Shown here: positions 20,052 through 27,618 of the stretch, one piece after another | Numbering within the stretch: the first letter of the stretch is position 1 | Layout: each line of letters opens with the position of its first letter | Assembly: GCA_023415605.1 (NCBI GenBank) | Contig: JAEZKB010000052.1 | Location: forward strand, 1 to 63,994 | Length of the DNA: 63,994 nt | Origin: Pseudomonadota bacterium | GTDB taxonomy: Bacteria > Pseudomonadota > Alphaproteobacteria > Rhizobiales > Devosiaceae | Direction: 5' to 3' | The notes under the pieces: model-generated | Databases searched by the model: none | Seen by the model: only the letters and a program-made list of their open reading frames with translations | Told to the model about the DNA's origin: nothing | Program-made: the position numbers and the translations under genes

Positions 20052-20096
20052 AATAGGCAGTAGGCATGAGCCAATAGGCTCGCCCTACTGCCTATT
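20052..20096. terminator. Long hairpin between convergent genes
   Basis: AATAGGCAGTAGG...CCTACTGCCTATT enclosing GAGCC-aata-GGCTC. Confidence 0.6.
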
Positions 20097-20694
20097 TCCT
20101 GGTGCCGATAGCCTTTCCAAGCTCCGGCCGCACCAGCCGCTCCACCAGCAACCGCACCGCCGGACCGATCTCGGCGATGTTCTGCGCCTTGCGGCAGATC
20201 CCGTAGGACGCCGCTACGATGAGCTGCGCGAGTGGCCGTGGCCGCTGCGCCCCACCGTCTTCCAGCACCCGGGCGATCTGGCCCTCGACGTGGCGCTCGA
20301 GCCCACCGAACCGCCCACCCGCGCTCGCTGAGGTTGACTCGTCATAGAGTTCGGCGGCGTGCGGCGACCCCGCCAGCACCCGATTGATCACCTTGTACTT
20401 GGCGACGATTGCGGCCGCAATCCGCGCTGGCGTATCGCCGTCCTGCGCCAGCGCCGCATCGAAGGCGCTCCGGATGTCCTCGCCGATTTCGGCGATCAGC
20501 GCCTCGAACACAGCTTCCTTGTCCGGGAAGTAGCCATAGAGCGTCGGCTTGGCGACACCTGCTTCCCGCGCCACGGACTCCATCGTCGCCCCGCGTAGCC
20601 CCACGCGCAGGATCACCGCCCTCGCCCCATTGAGGATGCGAGTCCGGCGTTCCGGAGACAACTTGCGGGACGATGCAGAAAGCGTGACGGTCAT
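20092..20694 (-). CDS. TetR/AcrR-family regulator
   Basis: ATMESVAREAGVAKPTLYGYFPDKE. Confidence 0.93.
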   Translation of the reverse strand: MTVTLSASSRKLSPERRTRILNGARAVILRVGLRGATMESVAREAGVAKPTLYGYFPDKEAVFEALIAEIGEDIRSAFDAALAQDGDTPARIAAAIVAKYKVINRVLAGSPHAAELYDESTSASAGGRFGGLERHVEGQIARVLEDGGAQRPRPLAQLIVAASYGICRKAQNIAEIGPAVRLLVERLVRPELGKAIGTRK

Positions 20695-20742
20695 ATTGAA
20701 CGGATTGAACGATTAACATACATGTCGTTCAGTTGATCACGC

Positions 20743-21789
20743 ATGAAAGCCAAACTCATGTCTGCGAACACACCGTCTGACCGTGTCCTCGTCACCGGCA
20801 TTTCCGGCTTTCTCGGCGGCCATCTCGCACTGCAACTGCTCGAAGCGGGCTTCACGGTACGCGGGAGTGTGCGGAATCTCAACAAGGCCGACAAGGTTCG
20901 CCAGACTTTGGCCGGCGCCGGCGCCGACATCTCGCGCCTCGAGTTCGTCGAGCTCGACCTGCTTGCCGATACCGGCTGGGACGCGGCAATGACCGACGTG
21001 CGCTACCTCCAGCACACCGCTTCGCCCTTTGTGATCGACCTTCCCGCCGACAAGATGGAGCTGATCCGCCCGGCCGTCGAGGGTACGGAGCGGGCCCTCG
21101 ACGCCGCGTTGCAGTCGGGCGTGGAGCGCATTGTCCTCACCTCCTCCATGGCCGCTATAGCCTATGGCCACGACAAGCGCCGTACCGCCCCCTTCACCGA
21201 GGCAGACTGGACCGACCTCGATGGCCGGGGCGTCAATGCCTACATCGAGTCCAAGACGCGAGCCGAACGCCGTGCGTGGGAAATCGTCGCCGGCTTCGGC
21301 CGACGCGAGGCCCTCGCCACCATTAATCCCAGCGCCATCCTCGGACCGCTGCTCGACGAGGACCCCGGCACGTCCGCCCTCCTCGTCAAGCGCCTCCTCA
21401 ACGGCTCGGTGCCGGCTCTCCCGCGCATCAGCTTCGGCATTGTCGACGTCCGCGACGTGGCCGACGCGCATGTGCGCGCCATGACCAGCCCCGAAGCCGG
21501 TGGGCGCCGGTTTCCCATGAGCGAACGGACACTGTTCATGGCCGATGTGGCGCAGGTCCTGCGCGAGACTCTGCCCGGTCGCAGACTGCCTCGCCTTGCC
21601 CTGCCCGACTGGGGCGTGCGCCTCTATGGCCTGTTCGACAAGGACGTTCGGGGCCTCATCAACGAACTCGGCGTGGTGAAGCGCCTCGACTCCGCTGCGG
21701 CGGTCCGGCTGCTCGGTCATCCGCTGATCCCCGCCCCCGACGCCATTGTCGCCACTGCCAGGAGCCTGCTCGAACACAAGCTCGTCTGA
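20743..21789 (+). CDS. NAD-dependent epimerase / aldehyde reductase (dihydroflavonol-reductase-like)
   Basis: VTGISGFLG, HTASP, TSSMAA, YIESK, VDVRDVA; start may be 20758. Confidence 0.92.
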   Translation: MKAKLMSANTPSDRVLVTGISGFLGGHLALQLLEAGFTVRGSVRNLNKADKVRQTLAGAGADISRLEFVELDLLADTGWDAAMTDVRYLQHTASPFVIDLPADKMELIRPAVEGTERALDAALQSGVERIVLTSSMAAIAYGHDKRRTAPFTEADWTDLDGRGVNAYIESKTRAERRAWEIVAGFGRREALATINPSAILGPLLDEDPGTSALLVKRLLNGSVPALPRISFGIVDVRDVADAHVRAMTSPEAGGRRFPMSERTLFMADVAQVLRETLPGRRLPRLALPDWGVRLYGLFDKDVRGLINELGVVKRLDSAAAVRLLGHPLIPAPDAIVATARSLLEHKLV

Positions 21790-21847
21790 TCGAAAAAAGG
21801 GGCTAGGCCAACGCCTCGCGATTGGCTACATAGCCACCCATCGGAAC

Positions 21848-21923
<76 letters not shown>

Positions 21924-22001
21924 TTCCGATCCCCTTGACTTTGCTGATGGTCCCGGCGTGCGTCTAGCCTGCCCCGACGCGCGTCGATCATAGCAGCGCT
22001 T

Positions 22002-22026
22002 GGAACCGCCCCCCGAAACTTAGGTT
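22002..22026 (+). promoter_or_regulatory. EcfG/SigT-type promoter
   Basis: GGAAC-N16-GGTT upstream of 22069. Confidence 0.75.
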
Positions 22027-22068
22027 CGATTCCCCGCAGCAATAGGCTGCAAGCAAAAGGGAAGAACC

Positions 22069-22590
22069 ATGAAATCTATGCTTTTGGCCGCCTCCGCGAT
22101 GGCCTTGCTCTGCGCTGCCGGACCGGCGGTGGCGCAGTCCTCCAGTTCGTCGATGGGCGGCGCGGGAATGCTTTGCTCGGACCTGTCGGCGATGGACTCC
22201 GCCGCCCAGACCGCCTTCCTTCAAGGCTATGCTGCCGGACGGCAGGACGCCATGATGTCGGCGGGCGGGACGAGCGGCGCCAGCAGCTCCACCGATGCGG
22301 CAGCAGCCGGTTCAACCACGATGGGGACCGACGCCACCGCCGGAACGGCGGGCGCCACTGATACGGCTGCAGCGGGCAGCACCGCCGGCACCACTGGCGC
22401 GGCCGGTGGCACGGATGCCACCGCCACCGGCAGCACGGCCTCGACCGATGCGACTGCGAGCGGCGGCGCCTCCAGCGGCACTGCAGCCAGCGGCAGCGGC
22501 AACTTCGATGCACTCATAGCCGCATGCGCCAGCTCGCCAAGCAGCAGCATTTCCGATGCCATGGGGAGTTCGGGCACCACATCGCCGTGA
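22069..22590 (+). CDS. Secreted HdeA/HdeB-like protein with long Ala/Thr/Gly/Ser insertion
   Basis: Signal peptide (..AVA-Q); [15 protein letters not shown] and LIAACASSP pattern. Confidence 0.6.
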   Translation: MKSMLLAASAMALLCAAGPAVAQSSSSSMGGAGMLCSDLSAMDSAAQTAFLQGYAAGRQDAMMSAGGTSGASSSTDAAAAGSTTMGTDATAGTAGATDTAAAGSTAGTTGAAGGTDATATGSTASTDATASGGASSGTAASGSGNFDALIAACASSPSSSISDAMGSSGTTSP

Positions 22591-22657
22591 GCCAAACCTG
22601 ATCTGTGGGTGGACGGTCGCCGCCCGCCCACGAAGCTTATTTGCGCGCCCGTGCGAA

Positions 22658-22831
22658 CTATGGACCGCCTGCCAAGGCGCCGACCACCGCCATCACCAGT
22701 TCTTCGAGATTGACCGAGCCATCGATGCCGAGACTGCTGTCGTCGCGGTTCACGCGCAGCTCCTGCGGCCGGTCTGCCGCCTGCCGTTCGAGTTCGGCGA
22801 CGATGGCATCGCGGACTGCATCTTCGATCAT
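22658..22831 (-). CDS. Small hypothetical protein, 57 aa (not in ORF track)
   Basis: GAGGAGG RBS; MIEDAVRDAIVAELERQAADRPQELRVNRDDSSLGIDGSVNLEELVMAVVGALAGGP; own promoter. Confidence 0.8.
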   Translation of the reverse strand: MIEDAVRDAIVAELERQAADRPQELRVNRDDSSLGIDGSVNLEELVMAVVGALAGGP

Positions 22832-22891
22832 CACTGTCCTCCTCGCCGGGCGACCAGCGGGTCACTTCCAACACCCTTCATAAGCTTGACC

Positions 22892-22916
22892 AACTCGCCT
22901 CAAGTCATCCGGTTGC
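22892..22916 (-). promoter_or_regulatory. EcfG-type promoter
   Basis: GCAAC-N16-AGTT pointing at the 57-aa ORF. Confidence 0.6.
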
Positions 22917-23007
22917 GCGACTACCGCCGGCGCTTTTCGCTGCGCCGCTATCCAGGGTTAGTGCCTTCGTCGGCGCCATGGCGCCTCCTTGCAGTAGGAG
23001 GACTTGC

Positions 23008-23385
23008 ATGGAAACCTTCATTCATCGGACTACCCCCGAAATCGTGGACGGCAAGCGGCGGCGGGCCAAGCGCGAGGATGTCCTCATCCGGCAGCGGGCA
23101 CGGGCCGTGCTCGATCCCATGACCAACCGCATTGGCGAGTGGCAGGTCGCTGTCGCCCGCCTCCACCTCATGTTGACGCGGCCGCAATGCACCGTCGAAC
23201 AGCGGCAACGCGTCGTCGAACAGATCGCCCGCATCCGTCAGGAAGTCATGATCAGCCGCTCCGATCTCAGCCGGCTCGTCGCCGACTTACCGCCCAAGGC
23301 GGCCCAAAGTTCCTGGGTGGGCGATGCCGCTATGGGCCTATCCAGCCTGGAGCAACGCCTCGGCGAGATCAATCTCATGAACTAG
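23008..23385 (+). CDS. Hypothetical helical protein
   Basis: AGGAGG RBS, 125 aa, typical codon usage; no family recognised. Confidence 0.7.
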   Translation: METFIHRTTPEIVDGKRRRAKREDVLIRQRARAVLDPMTNRIGEWQVAVARLHLMLTRPQCTVEQRQRVVEQIARIRQEVMISRSDLSRLVADLPPKAAQSSWVGDAAMGLSSLEQRLGEINLMN

Positions 23386-23398
23386 GCGACCCCGGACC

Positions 23399-23424
23399 GG
23401 AACCGTCACCGGGCCAACTAGGTT
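23399..23424 (+). promoter_or_regulatory. EcfG-type promoter with no downstream CDS
   Basis: GGAAC-N17-GGTT. Confidence 0.65.
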
Positions 23425-23430
23425 GGGGCT

Positions 23431-23507
23431 GCGGAACATCATGGTTCCGGGATGATTTTCTGACGGGACGGCCTGCCTCCCACCGCCCCGTCAGCTCCCG
23501 CTCTTTT
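23431..23507 (+). ncRNA. Candidate stress sRNA with C-rich anti-SD loop
   Basis: Follows the promoter; hairpins CGGAAC/GTTCCG and CTGACGGG-a-CGG/CCG-c-CCCGTCAG with loop CCTGCCTCCCA; ends CTCTTTT. Confidence 0.5.
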
Positions 23508-23647
23508 CCACCTGAATCGACCGGTCTATCCTGGATTACCGCCATCAATTCCAACGGCGTGCCCTTCAACGCGTCGCACGTCTACGCCAGCGGAAACGCC
23601 GCGGCCGACATGCTGGGCTGCCAAGTTCCAGCAGCCCCCAAAACTGT

Positions 23648-23977
23648 TCAGAGTTCTTCCCCGCGCCTGTGCTGCTCGCGCACCGCGGCTTCCGTGCGCG
23701 CTTCTTCTGCCGGCGTCACCTTCGAGGCGCGGTACTGCGAATAGGCAAGGGCGACACCAAGAATGGCCGTGGCGATCAATACCACCGACGCCCACGGCAA
23801 CGCCGCCAGATCCATGGCTTGGCCGCTGGTCTCGATCGGCCCGGCCGCCGCGCCCTCTCCGCTATCGCCGGGCACCAGGCCTGACTGCGTGACGATCAGG
23901 AAAAGATAGATCGCGCCCGACAGCAGCAGCGCCACCACCAGCGCCATGGTCCATTTCGACGTGCGATGTTCTACCAT
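23648..23977 (-). CDS. Hypothetical membrane protein (2 TM)
   Basis: Two hydrophobic helices, GGAG RBS. Confidence 0.7.
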   Translation of the reverse strand: MVEHRTSKWTMALVVALLLSGAIYLFLIVTQSGLVPGDSGEGAAAGPIETSGQAMDLAALPWASVVLIATAILGVALAYSQYRASKVTPAEEARTEAAVREQHRRGEEL

Positions 23978-24037
23978 GATGATGCTCCGTTGCGGTCTTC
24001 AAGCCGAACTTCGGCAGGCCCGCCCGGTTCCCCTCGG

Positions 24038-24406
24038 CTAGAAGCCGTGCATGTGGCTCGCCCACTGCAGGCCCACCACCCCGCCCTTGATCGACGGCAG
24101 CATGATGAGCGGCAGGACCACGGAGAGAGCGGCGAGGAGAAGCAGATAGACCCACGGCTCCAGCGTGCCGCCACCGGACTGGAAATGCATCAGCCCGACC
24201 ACCAGGATATGCCCGACGATCGTGATGGCAATGTAGGCCGGCAGGTCGTCGGCGCGCGCCTTGCTGAGCTCGAGCCCGCAGACCTCGCAGGTCGGCACGA
24301 TCTTGAGATACCGCCGATAGAGCCGGCCCTCGCCGCAACGCGGACACCTGCAGCGTAGCCCGTTGAGGATCGCCGGCAGTTTTGCGCGCTGTACCGTATC
24401 GTCCAC
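24038..24406 (-). CDS. DUF983 protein
   Basis: GLRCRCPRCGEGRLY, CEVCG, ADDLPAY, KGGVVGLQWA..MHGF. Confidence 0.9.
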   Translation of the reverse strand: MDDTVQRAKLPAILNGLRCRCPRCGEGRLYRRYLKIVPTCEVCGLELSKARADDLPAYIAITIVGHILVVGLMHFQSGGGTLEPWVYLLLLAALSVVLPLIMLPSIKGGVVGLQWASHMHGF

Positions 24407-24418
24407 GATACTGTCCTC

Positions 24419-24556
24419 TCAGGGGATGCCCTTCGGCGCTTCGACCTTGCCGGCCTCGACAGCCTCGGCGGTCGCCTTCGAGCGATCCTCGCTGGCCTTG
24501 CCGTCGCGGTCCTTCTTGTCTTCTGGCTTCGACTTTGGCGTCTTGTCCTCGGTCAT
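24419..24556 (-). CDS. Small charged hydrophilin-like peptide, 45 aa (not in ORF track)
   Basis: MTEDKTPKSKPEDKKDRDGKASEDRSKATAEAVEAGKVEAPKGIP fills the gap between the pyruvate oxidase and DUF983 genes. Confidence 0.6.
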   Translation of the reverse strand: MTEDKTPKSKPEDKKDRDGKASEDRSKATAEAVEAGKVEAPKGIP

Positions 24557-24559
24557 CTC

Positions 24560-26314
24560 TCAGCCCTTCATCATTGTGGCCAGCGGCTCGGCCGAAATGT
24601 TCTGCTCGATCTTGTCGGCTCCGGGCGTCTCCGGCAGCGCCTTGGCGAAATTCTCGCGATAGTCCGGCGGCATTTTCGGCGGCATCATCGGCTCGTACTG
24701 GTCGACCAGCGCCTCGATGATCACCGGCCCCGGCTCGGCAAAGGCCGCCGTCAGCGCCGCGTCGATGTCGACCTCCCGCGTGATGGAAAAGCCCCTGCCG
24801 CCCATGGCCTGCGCCGCCATGGCGAAGTCGATCGGCTGCAGCTCGCAGCCGAACTGCGGATTGCCCAGGAACATCATCTGCTCCCAGGCGATCTGGTTGA
24901 GCATGTTGTTCTTGATCACCAACAGCTTGAGCGGGATGCCGTAGCGCACCGCGGTCGAAAACTCGCCAAGTTGCATGGCAAATCCGCCATCGCCGACCAC
25001 GGCACAGATCTGCCGCCCCGGGAACGCAATGCCCGCCGCGATCGCATAGGTCAGCCCGCACGACATCGAGGCCAGCGCACCCGAGACGGCAAAGGCATTG
25101 CCATCCCTAAGGTCGATGTGCCGCGCCGCCAGCTCCGTATTCTGGCCCGAATCCGACGCCAGCACCGCGTTTGGCGCCATGCGTTCGCCGAAGCGGCGGA
25201 CCACCATCTGCGGCTTCAGCGGCTCGGCGACCCGCTCGGACGCCTCGCGCATCATCTGCCGCCAGCTCTCCATGCCGCGCTGCGCCATTTCGAGGAAGGA
25301 ACGATCATCCTTCTGCTGCAGCTGCCGGTTGAGCTGTTCGAGGCACTGCGCCGCATGGCCGACGAGACCGACATCGACCGGACACCGCAGCCCGATCCGC
25401 TCCGGGTTCCAGTCGATCTGCACCACCTTGGCCTGCCCCGGCTTGGGGTAGTATTCGATATAGGGAAAGGTCGAGCCGACGATCAGCAGCGCGTCGCAGC
25501 TTTCCATGATCTCCTGCGACGGCCGCGTGCCCAGAATGCCGATGCCGCCGGTGCATTGCGGATGGTCGTCGGCGATTACTGCCTTGCCGAGCAGTGCCTT
25601 GGCGATCGGAGCACCGAGCAGTTGCGCGGTCCGCTCCAGTTCATCGCGCGCCCCCGCGGCGCCGCGGCCGAGAAGGATGGCCACCCGCTTGGCACCGTTG
25701 AGAATGTCCGCGGCTCGGACGACCTCGCCGGCCGGCGGCACCAGCACTGGCGCGAACCACTGGTTGGTGACATGTCCGGGCCGGTTCCGCTTCGAGCGCT
25801 TGGCCTCGTCGACCGATTGCTCCTGCACATCGTTGGCGACCGAAATATGAGCCACGCCGTGGCGGCTGAGCGCCGTCCGGCAGGCGAGGCTCGCGGCATT
25901 CTCCATGTGCGCCGCATCGCTCACCTGCACGTTGAACTCGGCCACGTCGTTGAAGGCGCGGGTGAGGTCCACATCCTGCTGGGTGAATGTCTCGATGAGG
26001 TCGTGGAACTGCATGCCGGTGATCGCCAGCACCGGCACCTGGTCGAGCTTGGCGTCATAGAGTCCCGTGAGCAGATGCGTGCCGCCCGGTCCGGATGTCG
26101 CAAGGCAGACGCCGAGCTTGCCCGTCCACTTGGCATAGGCGCAGGCCATGAACGCCGCCGATTCTTCGTGCCGGACCTGGATGAAGCGGATGCGGTCCTG
26201 CCGCGTCCGCAGCGCTTCCATGATGCCGTTGATGCCGTCGCCCGGCAGCCCGAAGATCACCTCGACGTCCCAGGCGATCAGCGTCTCGATGAGGATGTCC
26301 GCTGCCGTGCTCAT
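24560..26314 (-). CDS. ThDP-dependent pyruvate oxidase/dehydrogenase (PoxB family)
   Basis: FGLPGDGIN, VRHEE, TSGPGGTHL, GDGGF...NN ThDP motif; start MSTAAD. Confidence 0.92.
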   Translation of the reverse strand: MSTAADILIETLIAWDVEVIFGLPGDGINGIMEALRTRQDRIRFIQVRHEESAAFMACAYAKWTGKLGVCLATSGPGGTHLLTGLYDAKLDQVPVLAITGMQFHDLIETFTQQDVDLTRAFNDVAEFNVQVSDAAHMENAASLACRTALSRHGVAHISVANDVQEQSVDEAKRSKRNRPGHVTNQWFAPVLVPPAGEVVRAADILNGAKRVAILLGRGAAGARDELERTAQLLGAPIAKALLGKAVIADDHPQCTGGIGILGTRPSQEIMESCDALLIVGSTFPYIEYYPKPGQAKVVQIDWNPERIGLRCPVDVGLVGHAAQCLEQLNRQLQQKDDRSFLEMAQRGMESWRQMMREASERVAEPLKPQMVVRRFGERMAPNAVLASDSGQNTELAARHIDLRDGNAFAVSGALASMSCGLTYAIAAGIAFPGRQICAVVGDGGFAMQLGEFSTAVRYGIPLKLLVIKNNMLNQIAWEQMMFLGNPQFGCELQPIDFAMAAQAMGGRGFSITREVDIDAALTAAFAEPGPVIIEALVDQYEPMMPPKMPPDYRENFAKALPETPGADKIEQNISAEPLATMMKG

Positions 26315-26402
26315 GGTGTGGTCCCCGCCAAAACGGGGGCGGGGACGAGGTCCAGCGGATCGGCGTACGGCTGCGCAAGCATGGCAATCTCCTTGCCAGC
26401 CG

Positions 26403-26427
26403 AACTTGGCTGCCGCCGCATCGTTCC
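26403..26427 (-). promoter_or_regulatory. EcfG-type promoter for the pyruvate oxidase operon
   Basis: GGAAC-N16-AGTT. Confidence 0.7.
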
Positions 26428-26441
26428 AGCCCGCCGCCGAC

Positions 26442-26466
26442 GCAACCCACGCCTGCCCTGGAAGTT
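26442..26466 (+). promoter_or_regulatory. EcfG-type promoter, divergent
   Basis: GCAAC-N16-AGTT upstream of 26491. Confidence 0.6.
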
Positions 26467-26490
26467 CGAGTCGGCAACAGGAGCATAGGA

Positions 26491-26703
26491 TTGGCGACAG
26501 GATCACACACGGCGTCGCGTTCGCGGCCCTACCGCATCGATTATTTCATGCAGAAGCACGGCCTGCCCCGCCCGGTGGCCGAGGCCATTCTCGCGGCCCA
26601 CGGCCACAACCGGGACGCCGCTAACGAGGCCGCCGAGGAGGCGAGCCGCCAGTTGCAGGTCGCCCCTGCTCAATCAGTAGCGTCCCAGGCAGAAACGGCA
26701 TGA
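26491..26703 (+). CDS. Small DUF3606-like protein
   Basis: AGGAG RBS, TTG start; YRIDYFMQKHGL..AEAILAAHGHNRD; ATGA overlap with next gene. Confidence 0.65.
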   Translation: MATGSHTASRSRPYRIDYFMQKHGLPRPVAEAILAAHGHNRDAANEAAEEASRQLQVAPAQSVASQAETA

Positions 26704-27128
26704 CCCAGAAATCCAATATCCCCGTCGATCCCGACTTCGGCCCCAACGATGCCGAGCTCGGCTTCCACGATCGCCGCCGCTCCGGGGCCGAGCCCAAGCA
26801 CGCCGCCGAGGGCAGCACGACACCCGGCACCTCCGGTCGTCCGCCGCTGACCGAGACACCCGAGGGCTCCGACGCCGTCGAGGACGCGAAATTCCTCGCC
26901 GACGCATTCGACATGCCGGCCAACCAGGCCGCCGACCTCGCCACTGCCAATCGTGGCGACGACGCCGAGCGGGTGCGCGACGAGGTCATCGAGCTGCAAA
27001 AGGACGAGCAGGATCCGCTGCTTGAGGGCAATCCCCTGCCCGAGCAGCCTGATGAGGCACCCGATCAGCCTAACACCATGCAGAAGCCGGTGGCTGATCG
27101 CAGCAATGACCGTGAGGGTGCCGGCTGA
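26700..27128 (+). CDS. Acidic, probably disordered hypothetical protein
   Basis: D/E/P-rich 142 aa, coupled to upstream ORF. Confidence 0.7.
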   Translation: MTQKSNIPVDPDFGPNDAELGFHDRRRSGAEPKHAAEGSTTPGTSGRPPLTETPEGSDAVEDAKFLADAFDMPANQAADLATANRGDDAERVRDEVIELQKDEQDPLLEGNPLPEQPDEAPDQPNTMQKPVADRSNDREGAG

Positions 27129-27130
27129 GC

Positions 27131-27421
27131 CTACTTCGTCGTGTCGTCGCGGTGCGCCAGCAGTTCGTCGACCAGTTCGCGGTTGATGAGGTCGAGGCGC
27201 ATGACTACCCGTCTCGCCGCCTCGCGCGCCGGACCAGGCGGCAGCGCCCTGGCGATCCGCTCCCCATCGATAGCCTCGGACTCGAGGCAGGCAATGACGT
27301 CGGGCAGGTTCTCGACCCGCCGGCTCAGGGCGCCGCGCTTGTAGAGGTTCAGCCACGCATGGATGCGACCGCACCAGCCTGCCGGATGTTGCGAGTCGGG
27401 CGGTCCCTCGGCAGCGCTCAT
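27131..27421 (-). CDS. Hypothetical protein
   Basis: 96-aa ORF downstream of treZ with ATGA overlap. Confidence 0.55.
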   Translation of the reverse strand: MSAAEGPPDSQHPAGWCGRIHAWLNLYKRGALSRRVENLPDVIACLESEAIDGERIARALPPGPAREAARRVVMRLDLINRELVDELLAHRDDTTK

Positions 27422-27618
27422 GGTGCTGCCCTGCCGTCATGGTCCTTGGTCGCACGACCCTGCCGCGAGAGCTCCTTCGGTGCCGACACGAGTGGCACAT
27501 TGGGCTCCAGTTCTTGGAGACCGCCGTGCTGAATCGATTGGTCCAGCCCCCGCAGCACCACCTGCGCCAACACTGCGACCTTGGCGATCGAAAGGATGAC
27601 AGGCGGGCGCTCAGCCAT
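27418..27618 (-). CDS. Possible small hypothetical protein (66 aa)
   Basis: MAERPPVILS.. overlaps the treZ stop and the next start. Confidence 0.35.
   Translation of the reverse strand: MAERPPVILSIAKVAVLAQVVLRGLDQSIQHGGLQELEPNVPLVSAPKELSRQGRATKDHDGRAAP

Noticed and set aside
22270..22500. Tandem DNA repeat array
   Set aside because: Degenerate coding repeats of a low-complexity protein segment, not a regular DNA array
23004..23744. 246-aa ORF spanning the sRNA candidate
   Set aside because: Overlaps two better-supported genes, Arg/Pro-rich shadow composition, no own RBS
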